DNA from: an uncultured Phycisphaerales bacterium
GTDB lineage: Bacteria > Planctomycetota > Phycisphaerae > Sedimentisphaerales > Anaerobacaceae
NCBI GenBank assembly: GCA_963772725.1
Contig: CAVYYI010000003.1
Location: 810,823-874,822, forward strand
DNA length: 64,000 bases
Direction: 5' to 3'
Each line of letters starts with the position of its first letter. Position 1 is the stretch's first letter. Under the pieces are notes generated by a model. That model searched no databases. It was not told where the DNA came from and saw only the letters and a list, made by a program, of their open reading frames with translations. A program made the translations under genes and the position numbers. This document shows positions 9,078 through 25,268 of the stretch, piece by piece.

Positions 9078-12000
9078 TCAAATGGGCATACCCACTTCTA
9101 CGACAGCATAATGTTCTATGCGATCATCCATAAGATGGATTTTCTTATCTTGCTGTTCAATATTATCAAGCAGCACGCGTTGCACTTTCCATGTATCTGG
9201 GCCTGTCTTTATAATTCGAATATGGAAGAAAGTGTTGCGGTAGCAGTAATGTAAAGTATATTCGTTCCACTGTTCTGGCAGAAGCGGCGAAAAAGACAGC
9301 GTATCCACCTCCACCCGAAGTCCTAACAGATGCTCGATCAAGAGCTGATACATCCACCCGGCAGAGCCGGTATACCATGTCCATCCACCCCTGCCCTCGT
9401 GCCCGACAGCCGAATACACATCTGCCGCCATAACGTAAGGCTCGACTTTGTATACTGATGCAGTTTCCGGAGAATCGGCACGGTGAATAGGATTCAGCAT
9501 CGAAAATAATCTCCATGCTTGCTCAGCATTGTGGGTACGGGCAACAGCGATAGCAGCCCAAATCGCGGCGTGAGTGTACTGCCCGCCGTTTTCTCGCAGA
9601 CCTGGAACATAGCCACAAATGTAACCGGGATCCATTGCCGTCCCATCAAATGGCGGATACAACAAACGTATCGTACGGGTTTTGGGGTCGATGAGGCTAT
9701 TCAGCGCGGCCTGCAGTGCCTGATTGGCCTTTTGCTGATCGACCGCACCACTCAGTATCGCCCAGGCTTGCGGCAACAAGTCAATGCGGCATTGGTTGTT
9801 TTGTGCTGAACCTAAGGGACTTCCATCATCAAAAAACGCCCGCAAATACCATTTACCATCCCATGCGTTGGTCTCAATCTTGTCCCGCAGACTTTTTGCG
9901 TGCGCAAGACATTTCTCGGCATACTCATTATTACCTCGCTGTCGGGCCAGAGCTTCGAATGATCGGAGAATGTCGTATAAGAAAAATGCCAGCCAGACGC
10001 TCTCACCGGAACCCTTGTGGCCAACCCGGTTCATCCCGTCGTTCCAGTCTCCCGACCCCATTAGGGGCAGTCCATGAGAGCCATACCGCATAGCGTGATT
10101 CAGTGCGCGAACGCAGTGGTCATAAACGGAAGCCGACTTTTCTGAAACTTGCGGCATACCATAATGGCTTTCCTCCGCCGGATCCAGGGGAGTTGCATCG
10201 AGAAACGGAATCTGCTCATCCAATACACCGGTGTCACCCGTCACAGCAACATAGCGACATGCAACATAGGCCAGCCAGAGGTAGTCGTCCGAGATGCGCG
10301 TGCGCACGCCTCGCCCTGAAGGAGGATGCCACCAGTGCTGGACATCTCCCTCGCGGAACTGTCGGCTGGAGCATGTCAGCAGATGCTGGCGTGTAAGCCA
10401 GGGACACTCGTATAAAAAGGCCAGAGAATCCTGCAGTTGGTCGCGAAAACCAAATGCCCCTCCGGATTGATAATATCCGCTGCGTCCCCAAAAACGGCAG
10501 GCCAGTGTCTGGTACAACAGCCAGTGATTGACCAGCAGGTTCACCGAGGCATCGGGCGTTTCCACATGAATCCCGCCCAGGTTGTGTTTCCACATATCCC
10601 AAACATCTTCCAGAACACATCTGGCACCATTGACACCACTGTTCTGTGCCAAAAAAGTACGTGCCTGTTGTTCACTATCCGCTGCACCGAGCACAAATAC
10701 AACCTGGATTTGCTCGCCTGGCGGAATTTCCACATACGCCTGAATGGCCCCACACGGATCGCCGCCTGTGCCTACGTGATTGGATAGACTCACTTCCCGC
10801 ATTGCCGCGGGTGAATCCAGGGAACCGTTACGTCCCAGAAACTCAGTCCGAGAAGTCGTTAATGTCCGTTGAGGATGGCTGCAGTTGAAAAAAGCCACAG
10901 ATTTATTAAAGTCTGCTTTGAAAGTATTCCAGGCAAATATCGCACCGGTTTGTGAATCCAGCCGATTTACGACATACATTGAGTGCCGTGCGCGGCTTTC
11001 GCCCAAGACCCATTCGACATAACCGGTCAGACTCAGCTTGCGGGTTCGGTTCGAAAGATTCCGAAGTGTTATGGTTGTAAACTTAAGGGGTGCCGATGGC
11101 GATACATAAGTAAAGACTTCAGAGAAGATACGCTCTTCTTTGTGTTCAAAAGCAGAATATCCTAATCCATGGCGTGAAACATAGGATGTTCGACCTCGAG
11201 TCGGCCATGGTGTTGGCGACCAGAATCTGCCTGTTTCCTCATCACGGATATAGAAGGCCTCGCCGCTTATGTCACCAACAGCATCGTTATACCATGACGT
11301 TAGCCGAAATTCATGCGCGTTCTGATACCAGGTATATGCCCCTCCTGATTCGCTGATGACAGATCCAAAACCCGGGTTTGCCAGAACATTGGCCCATGGC
11401 GCCGGCGTGACTGACCCCGGCGCAGAATAATTACATATTCCCTGCCGTCATGAGTAAATCCACCCCAGCCGTTAAAGAACAGAAGTTCACGATGGGGTGT
11501 ATCAGCGACATCATCGCTGGATAAATTTTCTTCCGGCTTGCGCGTTGGCTTTAGTAAAGGCATGTTAAATTTGGGTATTGCGTGCCTTTCCAGATGTTCA
11601 GCCAAAGTGCCAACGCGGTCGCTCAGTACTATTCGACTTATTGCGCGAATCAACATACGATCCTCTTCTGGAACCTGTTCGATGTTCCGCACAAATATTC
11701 CAGCAGGCTGATTGAGAGATTTGGCCTCGAGACTGGCGTTTATCAGACCGACAATCGCATCCATAAGATTTTGGCGGTATCCCATGTACGCTTCACACAG
11801 GATGACCAGATCAACTCGAACTCCCTTATTGCGCCAATATGAGTGCGCTTTAAGCACCTGTCGAACGAGGTCTATCCCCGCAAGGTCAGACACTCGAAGA
11901 GTTACTATGGGCAAATCACCGGATATACCGTATGCCCAAAGATCTGATTGACCTTTGCGATTGCGTGCAATCAGGCTGGGTCGAGCGCGCAAACGCGGGT

Positions 12001-15000
12001 TGGAATATATGATAAGACCGGCCAACTGACTAAATAACTGACTATCAGACTCCATGGCTTGCAACTGGTGCAGCATAACTTGACTGTGCGTCCAAGCCAT
12101 TTCGAATACACGATCCGCCAAGTGGTGGTCATAATACTTGTCTAAAAGCAACAGGGCTTTTGAACGGTCTTGCCCAACTCCCCAGATAGCATCCAGTGTA
12201 ACGGATTGTCCCGGCCCAAGATGTATGCGACGCCGGACAGACATTACAGGATCCAGTACCGCACCGCAGGTGCCAGACAGCGCACCTGGATTTTTCATGG
12301 CGGCAGCGTCAGCCGCTGTTCTGCATCTCCCTATAAAACGTGAACGGTCTGTCTCAAATGAAACCTCCTCAGATGGAACAATATCATGAACGACCATCCC
12401 ATGAAAGAATATGGGCCAGGATTCTTCGGGTGATTTGGGCCGCCGAATACAAAGAATTGCCGCCTTTTCCGGTACGATTTCCGTCTGCACAAACAACCCG
12501 TGAAATGCGGGCTGTTCACATGCATCGATACCATTGAGAAGTACGACTTCTGCATAACTGGTAATTTCAAAATTTCGGCTGTGACCAGCAAGATTTGTAA
12601 TCAACAAACGTCGCAATTCTATATCGTCTTCGGAAGAAACCGCTGCCCTCATCTGCACTTTTACTTTATTTCGTATAGATTGAAACTCAACGGCGCCTTG
12701 AAAGAATGTGGCTTCATAATGGTCAAATTGTTGACATGTCGGCTGGGCAGTTACTGACCATGTGTCGCCTGTGTCGATATCGCTGAGGTATAAAAAAGTT
12801 CCCCAATGGTCCCGCGTAATGTCTTCCTGCCATCGCGTCAAAGACAGATTTTCCCATCGGCTGGAACCACTTCCTGCCGAGGTAATAAGAACATGGTAGC
12901 GGCCATTGGAAAGCAGATGCACATCGGGCACTGGCGAATCTGCTCGTGTGAATGAACGTGAAGCGATCTGAGCCGGTTCTGCCTGGCCGACAGTTTCAGG
13001 TTTCTCCGAAGCTATTCCAATTTTTGTTCTGACCTCGGTGACAGGTATTCGCTCCTGCAGCAACAATAAGAAAGCACTAATCCGCGGATCGCTCAAGAAT
13101 CGCCGCTGCATAGGTTCACCCATGAGAGAATTGTCCATGGCAAGCAGACTCATCCCGCTATGATGGGCCATATAAGTTCGGACAATGGCAAAATTTCTTC
13201 TCTGCGGTACTCTGCTGCGAGTGTAATCGATAGCCTCATAAAAACCGTAGCGGCCGACGAACCCTTCATTGGCCATCTCTTGAAGATTTTGACAAGCGGT
13301 GAAAGGCTCAACCATTAGTGCCAGAGCCGCTGCGTATGGCGCTACCACAAGGTCGTCCTTCAATCCTCGTTTGAGACCAAGACCAGCGACGCCAAAGCCT
13401 CGATATTGATACACTTTCTGAACATCAATCTGATTGAAGCATGATTCTGAAAATCCCCACGGCGTACCATGGCTTAATCCGTAATTTATCTGACGACGCA
13501 CAGCTTCCCGACAGGATTCATAGAGCAGTGTCGCTTCATAAGTAGGCATCATTAATAACGGCATCAAATATTCAAACATCGAGCCGCTCCAGGATACTAA
13601 TACGTTAGCCTTGTCGCCGGGAACTAACTGACGCCCCAGACAAAACCAATGGTCCATAGGCAGTTGTCCCGTGGCCACACCCAGAAAGCTGCTAAGTCTG
13701 GCCTCTGAAGCCAACAGGTCATAGAAGCCTGGGTCTCGCTGGTGTGTGTCGCGATTGTAGCCGATCGACATTAATCTGGATGAAACATCATATAAAAAGC
13801 TCATGTCGATTTCAGACAATTCGCGACATTGATTCTGAAGATTTTCTAAGGCCGTTATGCGTTGAGTAGCTCGTGTTGCAGAAAGCTTAAGAATATTACA
13901 AGCTAAAGAAGATTCATAATTATTATCAGATTGTTCCGGCATTTCCGGCACATTGTTCATCAGAGTGCTAATCTTCAAATTAGCCAAATCATGCAGGCAA
14001 GGAATCCTATCTGCAAAGGGCAATTTCTGTTGAGTTCTATGGACATCCCTGTCTAAATCGAGCCACGGCGCCAGATAAATCAGGTCATTTCGCAGGTCTT
14101 CACACTGATTTCGCAATGCTTGAAACCAGAAATCCGGTTCACTGCTCGTACTGACAAGACTTTCAACCTCAGATAAAGCCGAAGCAAACAGGGTTAAGAC
14201 TCGATATGTCCCCGACAAAGTGTCAGCTGCAAACCCAAGAGACTTAATCTGTTCGGCGGCTGTTTTTTGTAAGCGCCGAATACCGTTTGCATCCATCCCC
14301 TGCGGCGGATTTTTCAACGCCATACGTAGTTCATCCAGCAGGAGTTGAGCAGTATCTTCCAGCCCATTTCGCCATCCTTCTGGGAGGATAGGATGATAGA
14401 CCAATTCCGCAAAACCAGCTCCGAGAGTTATCAGCGATCCTGATAAATTGCCGCTATCGGCGGTAGAAATATAACGGGGATGAAATGATTGAAGCGTTCG
14501 GGTGTCATACCAATTGTAGAAGTGTCCGTGATATCGGGGCAGTTCTTCCATTGTTTTAAATGTTAGGTCAGAGCGATCCATAAGCGTCTTTGCTGAGATA
14601 TAGCCAAAGTCGCAGGCAGCCAAATTGCTAAGAAGAGCCATACCGATGTTTGTAGGTGAAGTTCGGTAAGCCTCACCGATAAATGGGTCCTCCTGAAAAT
14701 TATCCGGCGGCAGCCAGTGGTTTTCAGGCCCGACTAAATGTTCAAAAAATGCCCATGTACGCCGAGCTATTTTTCTAAGAAACAATTTCTGTTCATCGTT
14801 AAATTTTTGCTTTGAGGGTAAAATAGGTAAGCTAAACCACCAAACGATAACCGGTGAAGCAAACCAACCTGTTAGCAAAATAAAGATAGTCCCAACTGTC
14901 ATATATCCGCTTGGAGGCTCGGACAGATATTGCCCCAAGTTTAAATTGTATGCAATTGGCGTAAATCTCGCTGCGACAAGCAGGGCTGCTATAAGTATGG

Positions 15001-17890
15001 CACTGGCGGGTGCGATCCACATAGTTCCAAAGATTCCCATCAGGTTATTTAAGACTTTTCCATCAGCGTCTGAGGCTGTCTGCCATTCAAGCAGATGCCG
15101 GTGGCTAATCATGAGTCGCCAAGTGGTCAACAGTATGGCTTTCAAATAAATTAAGGCGTTAAACGGTACAAGCAGCAAATCGAGAAAGTCTATAGCCCAG
15201 AGACGCAATTCCTTTTGGACAGCGTGTGATATATGTGTGGACCAGTTCAAATACTTTGATTTGCCCGCTATTGCCTGTAGTGACTTCAACAGGTTAGGCA
15301 GAAAAAAGATTGCCACAAGCATCACTGTCCAGTTTATCGCGGAATCGGATATTCCAAACCATCCCAAGAGGAAAGCGACTAACAAGGCTAATGGCACAAG
15401 CGTTCTCCTGAGGTTATCTATAATCATCCATTTGGCCAGCGAGTTGAGAGGGTTACGACAGAGTTTACCTTGCGGATCCGGCACCGTAGGCAAAAGCCAT
15501 CTCGCAATCTGCCAATCCCCTCTCGCCCATCGAAATCTCCGGCTGACATCCGCTAAATACCGGCGGGGATGTTCTTCAAGTAATTCCATATCGTTTAAAA
15601 AACCGCATCTGGCATAACAGCCTTCAATCATATCATGGCTAAGAATCCGGTTTTCCGGAAAGCAGTTGCCGACAGTGGCATCAAACGCCTTGACGTCGTA
15701 AATACCTTTTCCCACAAATTGTGCTTGGCCAAACAAATCCTGGTACACATTTGAGACCTCACGAGTGTAAGGGTCAAGACCAACGTCACCCGCAAATAAC
15801 CGAACGAAAAGAGATTGCTGAGAATTGGGAAGACTTGTCGCCAATCTCGGTTGTAACATACCATAACCTTTATCTACACAGCGGCGCTTCACATCAATCA
15901 GGGGACGGTTTAACGGATGTCCTATAGTTCCAGCCATCTTCCATGCAGATTGCGGAGGTAAAGCAGTGTCCGCATCGAGAACAATGACGTATTGGACATT
16001 ACGTAAGCCCTGAATGTCACCTTCAATTACTGAGAATGGGTCAGTGATACCTTCCTCCACAAGTTGATTAAACTGTATAAGCTTGCCGCGTTTGCGTTCA
16101 TACCCCATCCAGCATTTTTCTTCAGGATTCCACAGGCGAGGCCGATGAAGAATATAGAAAACCGTCTGATTATCGGCAGTATATTTCAAGTTCAGCCTGC
16201 GGATGCCAACCAATGCCGCATCCAGCAACGCTTGATCTTCTGGCATAGTTTCTTCCGAAGCATCGGTGAAATCGGTAAGAAGAGCCATTACCATATTGGG
16301 ACTTTTGTTGGCCAAATACCGGACTTCCAATTGCTCTAACAGTTTTTCTACGGTCCTAAGTGTAGATAAAAATGTAGGAACAACAACAGCAGTCCGGTGA
16401 TCGGGAGGAATACCTTTGGAAAAATCCAGCTTAAGCATGGTTTGCGGAGGCAGTAAAATTGTTATAATCCAGTTGATTATCGAAATAGCCGACCTTGAAA
16501 TCACCAGTCCAACAGTAATAACCGCAAATAATAGCCACATCCAGTGTGGCCCAAAACCAACAACCCGGAATACACCGGCAGTAGCCAGGCATGTCAAAAC
16601 TCCGAAAGATAACAGGTACACCAGCAATGCGTGCCGTTTTAAACTACGGCATAGTCGCCACCATAAACTCAACCTGCAGTGAATTCGCGACTCCAGTTCT
16701 GACCTGCCTTCATCGGTGAGAAAGTAGCTTACGGTCCTCTGACGATTTTCGGCATCTGGAGTGCGTGTTCGCTCTTGAGCCATGTTAATCGCAGCCTCGG
16801 CTACGGCTTCTTCTTCCATACCGCTAAACTTTGAAAGTTCTTCTACCTGATGACGGCAAATGTCACGGGAGCGGAAATCCATTTGAGTATGAATATTTAG
16901 AGGGTCGCGACGCAAGATCGCTTCAACTCCACTGAGCGACTCAACAAAATCTTTCCAATCTATCGTGCTAAGCTTTCTTAAACTAGTGATGCTGTTGCCT
17001 ATAGACGCGTTGTCGGCTGCCTGGTCATGACTTTCAGCCTGCTGAATTAATTCAAGAGTCTGCCCGTGTTCTGCCAGTTCCTGCTCGACCCAATTGATTA
17101 CCAATCCCAGCGACTGGTGCCTGCCCTGCAGATCCGAAGTCAGTTCCGCCAGAAAGGGAGCAGACATAGGCGGATTAGAACGCACAAAATCAGACAGAAC
17201 TGTAATTAAGGATTTCGGCTCCTTTTGAATTATCTCAATAAAACGCCCAGACCATTCCAGTGCCCAACTTCGATGTTGTCTCCGCCATGCTATGCGGTAT
17301 GATACACGTCGCAGATTCTCAACAAGAGCCAGACCTATCATCAAAGGCATCGCCCACAGTTCCCCAAGTTTCAGCAGACGAACAGACTGGTATGCCCGAA
17401 GAAAATTCGAGATATTCTCGATATCAACTCGTCCGTCTGTATGTGATACTAACTCCAATGCCAGATCGTACACGCGAGGAAATCCTTTTCTATGACCTGC
17501 CCCTAAGCGAGGAAGTTTCTGGCTATATTGGGGGGGGAAATTCAGGCGTATATGGTTTATCTGCTCCTCAATAAGGTAGTAATTGTCCAGCAGCCATTCC
17601 GCGCCTGCCGACAACGGACGACCTCTCCGAACGGCATTGGCAACGTCTTCGTATGATTTCCGAATGATCTCTTCATTTTCATCCAGCCGATGCAGCAGCA
17701 ATTCCGAACTTGGCCGAAAATCCAAAATTTGTGTCGCGGCCAATGACCGCGCATGACTTTCCCGTTGGGTGCTGCTGAACAATTCTTCACGAAGAGGGGG
17801 TTCTACATCATTCATCCCTTCGAACCGCGGAATCCCTTGGATGAGGGACATAAACCCTATCCATTGCTTGAGGTTTTGAAAAAAACGCAT
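9078..17890 (-). CDS. ndvB: Cyclic beta-1,2-glucan synthase (NdvB/ChvB-like; GT84 plus GH94), several frameshifts at ~11.0-11.45 kb
   Basis: EWLLDNYY, GYERKRGKL, LSHDMIEG, DLLASEARL, SWSGSMFEYLMP, YQSGGAFGFRDQLQD, GDWNDGMN, ENGGQYTH motifs; ~2900 aa in total. Confidence 0.9.
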
Positions 17891-18303
17891 TTATAACATC
17901 CCTTAACGGTTGTTCCGCATCATCGTGGTCGGCAAAGTGCTTTCATACGAGACGTTGAAACACCCCCATAAAATATAATCTTGTAAATTTTACTGCAAAA
18001 AATTGTACGAATTATTTTTCAATAACCACGGTTAATTCGAGAATTAATTTTTGTGGTCGAAAAACCTTCTATAAGCCCTCGTTTTCAAAAACTTTAGAAA
18101 TATAGACGGTATATGCCTCAAACATACGACCTTCTACATACCAGCCCCATTTTATTGCACCAGTCATAGTAAGATTTTAGCTTATCCATATGACCAACGT
18201 CAATCATAATTTTTCTCTGATGACAGCTATTTTTACCTCTTTCGTACAACATTGAATTAATCATAGCTTATTGCTCTTGTCCCCTATATATAAAAAAGTT
18301 AAA

Positions 18304-18430
18304 TTATTTTTCAGGAACGACTATATACTTTCTGCTATTTTCAATAACTCTGTCTGTTTGTGCAGAAACATCCTGCACATACCTTGTTGCCATTTGTAAA
18401 TCTGCATGGCCAAGAAGCCTTTGAACAGCA
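18304..18430 (-). pseudogene. Tyrosine integrase C-terminal remnant
   Basis: AVQRLLGHADLQMATRYV contains catalytic His and Tyr; rest of gene absent; close to att-like site 2. Confidence 0.75.
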
Positions 18431-18616
18431 AGCCGGGCCAGTTGACCGCTAATCCTCACTTCCGTAATCATCGTCGTGGTAGCAGGTAACTTCATCTACG
18501 GGTTTCCACCCGTAGAATTGCGACAGAATATTAAAAGCGACATTTGTCATTACGTCTTCTTTAATGAATTGGAACTTTACCGAAAAATCAATCACACGGA
18601 TGATGAAGTCCCTCGT

Positions 18617-18675
18617 TAATTGACAAGGCGTAATAATTGGAGTGCCTTTTCGACACGCAGGAGGTCATAGGTTCG
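18617..18675 (+). repeat. att-like site 2: element arm plus 26-bp tRNA-Val fragment
   Basis: TCGACACGCAGGAGGTCATAGGTTCG (18650-18675), one mismatch to the tRNA. Confidence 0.85.
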
Positions 18676-18883
18676 CGTATCAAGCAGGTCTTCGGATACG
18701 AGAAAAAAACGAGTAATCGCATTGAGAGCAAAGAGGTTATATGCAGACATACCCTGTTTCCCACGCCGCAGGTTTATACCGCACAAAAATAAATTGCCAC
18801 TTGTTTGAATACCTTATATGATACAAGTGAAGACATAAATGTTATATTAAATTGTAAATCGCAAATTTTGTGTCGAACAGGAT

Positions 18884-19954
18884 TTGGACAATGTCCAACT
18901 CGCGCTGAACCATTATAATACGACTATGAACAATAGGATTTCACAACCTGTGCTGGTGACGGGCGCCAGTGGTTTCATCGGGTTGCACCTAGTGCGACGG
19001 CTGATCGAGCTTGGCTATCAGGTGTCATGTCTTGTGCGAGCCACCTCGTGCATCGACAAACTGAGGTCGACCGGCGCTCAGTTGGTCACTGGGGATGTGA
19101 CCGATTGTGCCAGCATTGTACGGGCACTATCCTTGTCACAGGCCAGAATCGTATTCCATCTGGCCGGGCTGACGAAGGCGATGCGTAAAGACGATTTCAT
19201 GCGTGTGAATGCAGGAGGTGTCGAATCCGTCACTGCCGCTTGTGCTGACCGTACTAACAAACCTGTATTGGTAGTGGTTTCCTCTTTGGCCGCAGCAGGG
19301 CCTTGCGTCGGTAGCCAGCCTTGGGTAGAAAGCGATACTCCGGCACCTGTTTCAGCTTACGGTTGCAGCAAGCTGGCCGGAGAACAGGCCGCAGCCAAGT
19401 ATGCCGGACTTATGCCTATCAGTATCGTACGTCCGCCGATAGTCTTTGGCCCCGGTGACAGGAGCATGCTTAAAATATTCCGTCCGATCGCACGCTGGGA
19501 TATACACACCGTACCAGGTAGAGGTGAGCGACGCTTCTCGCTAATACACGTAGCAGACTTGGTCGAGGGTCTGCTCCTTGTAGCCGAGAAGGGCGAGCAT
19601 CTACAACACAACGGATCGCCTGGGCAAGGCATCTACTTCATTGCAGTGGATGGCTATCCGACATATACCGAACTCGGACAGGCAATAGCAATGGCATTGG
19701 GAAAGAAGCGCGAAACTGTGTTACACATACCTGAGCCACTAGTGAAATTGGCCGGGCTCTGCGGTGACGCGATGGGTCGGATCCGACGGCATCCCTGTTG
19801 GGTAAATAGTGACAAAATCACCGAAGCTTTGGCAGGGTCGTGGACATGCTCATCGGCCAAGGTACGCACACATCTGGGTTGGTCGCCTGCGGCTGCTTTG
19901 GCTAAACGTCTGCAAGAAACGGCCCAATGGTATCGCCATATAGAATGGCTCTGA
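18884..19954 (+). CDS. NAD-dependent epimerase/dehydratase (extended SDR); CerR-like candidate
   Basis: TGASGFIG, YGCSK motifs; clustered with SPT-like and GNAT genes. Confidence 0.85.
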   Translation: MDNVQLALNHYNTTMNNRISQPVLVTGASGFIGLHLVRRLIELGYQVSCLVRATSCIDKLRSTGAQLVTGDVTDCASIVRALSLSQARIVFHLAGLTKAMRKDDFMRVNAGGVESVTAACADRTNKPVLVVVSSLAAAGPCVGSQPWVESDTPAPVSAYGCSKLAGEQAAAKYAGLMPISIVRPPIVFGPGDRSMLKIFRPIARWDIHTVPGRGERRFSLIHVADLVEGLLLVAEKGEHLQHNGSPGQGIYFIAVDGYPTYTELGQAIAMALGKKRETVLHIPEPLVKLAGLCGDAMGRIRRHPCWVNSDKITEALAGSWTCSSAKVRTHLGWSPAAALAKRLQETAQWYRHIEWL

Positions 19955-19970
19955 TTTCGTGTGACCGATA

Positions 19971-21098
19971 TTAGAGTGTTGTGTCGTAAATCCGGTAGGT
20001 CTTAGTTCTCTTCGTACCAGCGCGTTCAAGGGTGCCGCGTGAACGGCTATTGCTCTCGAGCACCCACGATAATTCCCAACGCTGGATGCCCCACTTCTTC
20101 GCCGGTCCCGTCAGGTTGTCGATCAACACCACACTCATTCCTGCATCTTGGTAGCCTGGCACCATCGTCATCGCCATGGCGCGAACCGTAGTGATTTTCC
20201 GTCGTCCGGTCATTAGTCGTATGAAGCCGAACGGAAACAATCTGCCGTTGAGCTTTTTTAAAATCTGGTTGTAGTCGAGCAGAGCAAATACCGCGCCTAT
20301 CGGCCGGCCGTCGATCTCGGCAAACGCAGTGAACTGTGGCACGATAAAATGCTGAAGTTCGCTGGCGATATGGCGTGCCTCTCGCGGCTGCAAAGGTGTG
20401 AAGCCCCATGTGCCATCCAGCGAGCGATTGTAGATATCAATATATGCCTCTATTTCCTTCTGGATTCTGGAAGGATTGATCGACCGGATCACCAAATCGG
20501 GTCGGTTAAGCATCGACAGTACTGCCGGCTTGTAGCGATCAACCAGTATCTGCAACAGTTTCATATCCATTTCATAGGCATACATGTCCTGTGCCTTGAC
20601 GAACCCGCAGGCTTCCAGCAGTGCCGCATAATAAGACCGATTGTAGGTCATCAGGAAGCAAGGGGAGCAATCGAAACCATCGACGAGCAACCCACATGTA
20701 TAATTGAGAGACGGATTTGTCGGCCCACGCATTGCCGTCATCCCTCGCTGACGCAGCCAATCCTGACCGGCTTCGAATAATTTTTGGGCAACAACCACAT
20801 CGTCGACACACTCGAAGAATCCGAAGAACCCTCGCCTTTCGTTATACTTTAGGTTGTGAACATGGTTGATCAATACAGCCAGCCGTCCGACTGCCTGGCC
20901 ATCGCGTTCTGCCAGCAGCGTCACTATCTGGGCATTGTCGAAGAAAGGGTGATGCCCCCAACCCAGCAGTTGTCGCTCCTGCGTAAGGATAGGCGGTACC
21001 CAGTTGTGGTCATCAGTGTAGATGGACCAAGGAAGGCGCTGAAAACGCCGACGATCTCGCCACGATGCCACCGGCCTGACTACAACTTGATTACTCAT
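19971..21098 (-). CDS. GNAT-like N-acyltransferase, bacterial ceramide synthase (bCerS)-like
   Basis: RFQRLPWSIYTDDHNWVPP, GFFGFFEC, RGPTNPSLN, LSWVLESN, KTYRIY motifs recalled for this family. Confidence 0.7.
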   Translation of the reverse strand: MSNQVVVRPVASWRDRRRFQRLPWSIYTDDHNWVPPILTQERQLLGWGHHPFFDNAQIVTLLAERDGQAVGRLAVLINHVHNLKYNERRGFFGFFECVDDVVVAQKLFEAGQDWLRQRGMTAMRGPTNPSLNYTCGLLVDGFDCSPCFLMTYNRSYYAALLEACGFVKAQDMYAYEMDMKLLQILVDRYKPAVLSMLNRPDLVIRSINPSRIQKEIEAYIDIYNRSLDGTWGFTPLQPREARHIASELQHFIVPQFTAFAEIDGRPIGAVFALLDYNQILKKLNGRLFPFGFIRLMTGRRKITTVRAMAMTMVPGYQDAGMSVVLIDNLTGPAKKWGIQRWELSWVLESNSRSRGTLERAGTKRTKTYRIYDTTL

Positions 21099-21311
21099 TA
21101 ATTTCTATCCATATTTCGCGGTGATTACACTTATTTATTTTTGCCACAGGTACGCTTACTTTGACACGTTGTAAGCACACAACATCATATTGCCTTAGCT
21201 CTTTTGTGGACACAGTCTACTGCTAAATTCCAGTCAGAAAATCTTTTTTGAACAAACTCCGTCACCCGTGTTCTACATCTTTCGTAGGTCGGAATTAGTT
21301 TTTGTATTTCT

Positions 21312-24701
<3,390 letters not shown>

Positions 24702-24834
24702 ATTTACTTTCTACAGCCATTATCATTGTTATTCACTGCCGCCTTGGTATAGTGGACAACATAATTCATTTCTTATATATTAAAATTTCTTAACCATTAT
24801 TTGCTCAAATTGTTTTGGCAGCAAGCCTTCACCT

Positions 24835-25265
24835 TGATCTGCCCCATTTTTCTGTACCAGTTGTCATGAGAGTATTCCATACTCACTTTACTCCGCATTG
24901 GGGCTGACGGAGCGTAGCGGAGTCAGGCCCAATGCACGTCGCCGCATAAGTCGCTGGCGTCATATATCCCAAGGCTGCTATGCGGCGGATAATGATTATA
25001 ATCCATTCGCCACCTATCCACAACATATCTCAGCTCCTCCATACTTGTTTCGCCAGCGATAATATGTCTGCCCGGTAACACCTATCTCCCGACATACCTC
25101 ATGGACTGTCTTGCCCTGACCAATCAATACATCTGCCTGCCGTAATTTACCCACAATCTCTATGCCACTGTACTTGTTTTTCATGAAAGTAATCTCCTAA
25201 AATAATAATATTATTTTTCGGTTATACTCTCATTCAAACTGGATTAGATTTTGGGGAGCAGACCA
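24835..25265 (-). mobile_element. Internally deleted IS3-family (IS407-group-like) element
   Basis: TG..CA IRs TGATCTGCCCC / TGGTCTGCTCCCC; orfA N-term (MKNKYSGIEIVGKLRQADV...TYYRWRNKYGG) joined to orfB C-term (WRMDYNHYPPHSSLG). Confidence 0.82.
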
Positions 25266-25268
25266 CTA

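Noticed and set aside
18430..18516. Possible IS200/IS605 or omega-RNA/REP remnant (GTCAACTGGCCCGGCTTG on the minus strand; hairpin CTACGGG-N6-CCCGTAG)
   Set aside because: Single short hairpin with no TnpA/TnpB/IscB nearby; too little support
18774..18786. TATACCGCACA as the displaced tRNA-Val 3' end
   Set aside because: Only about 10 matching bases; compatible with chance
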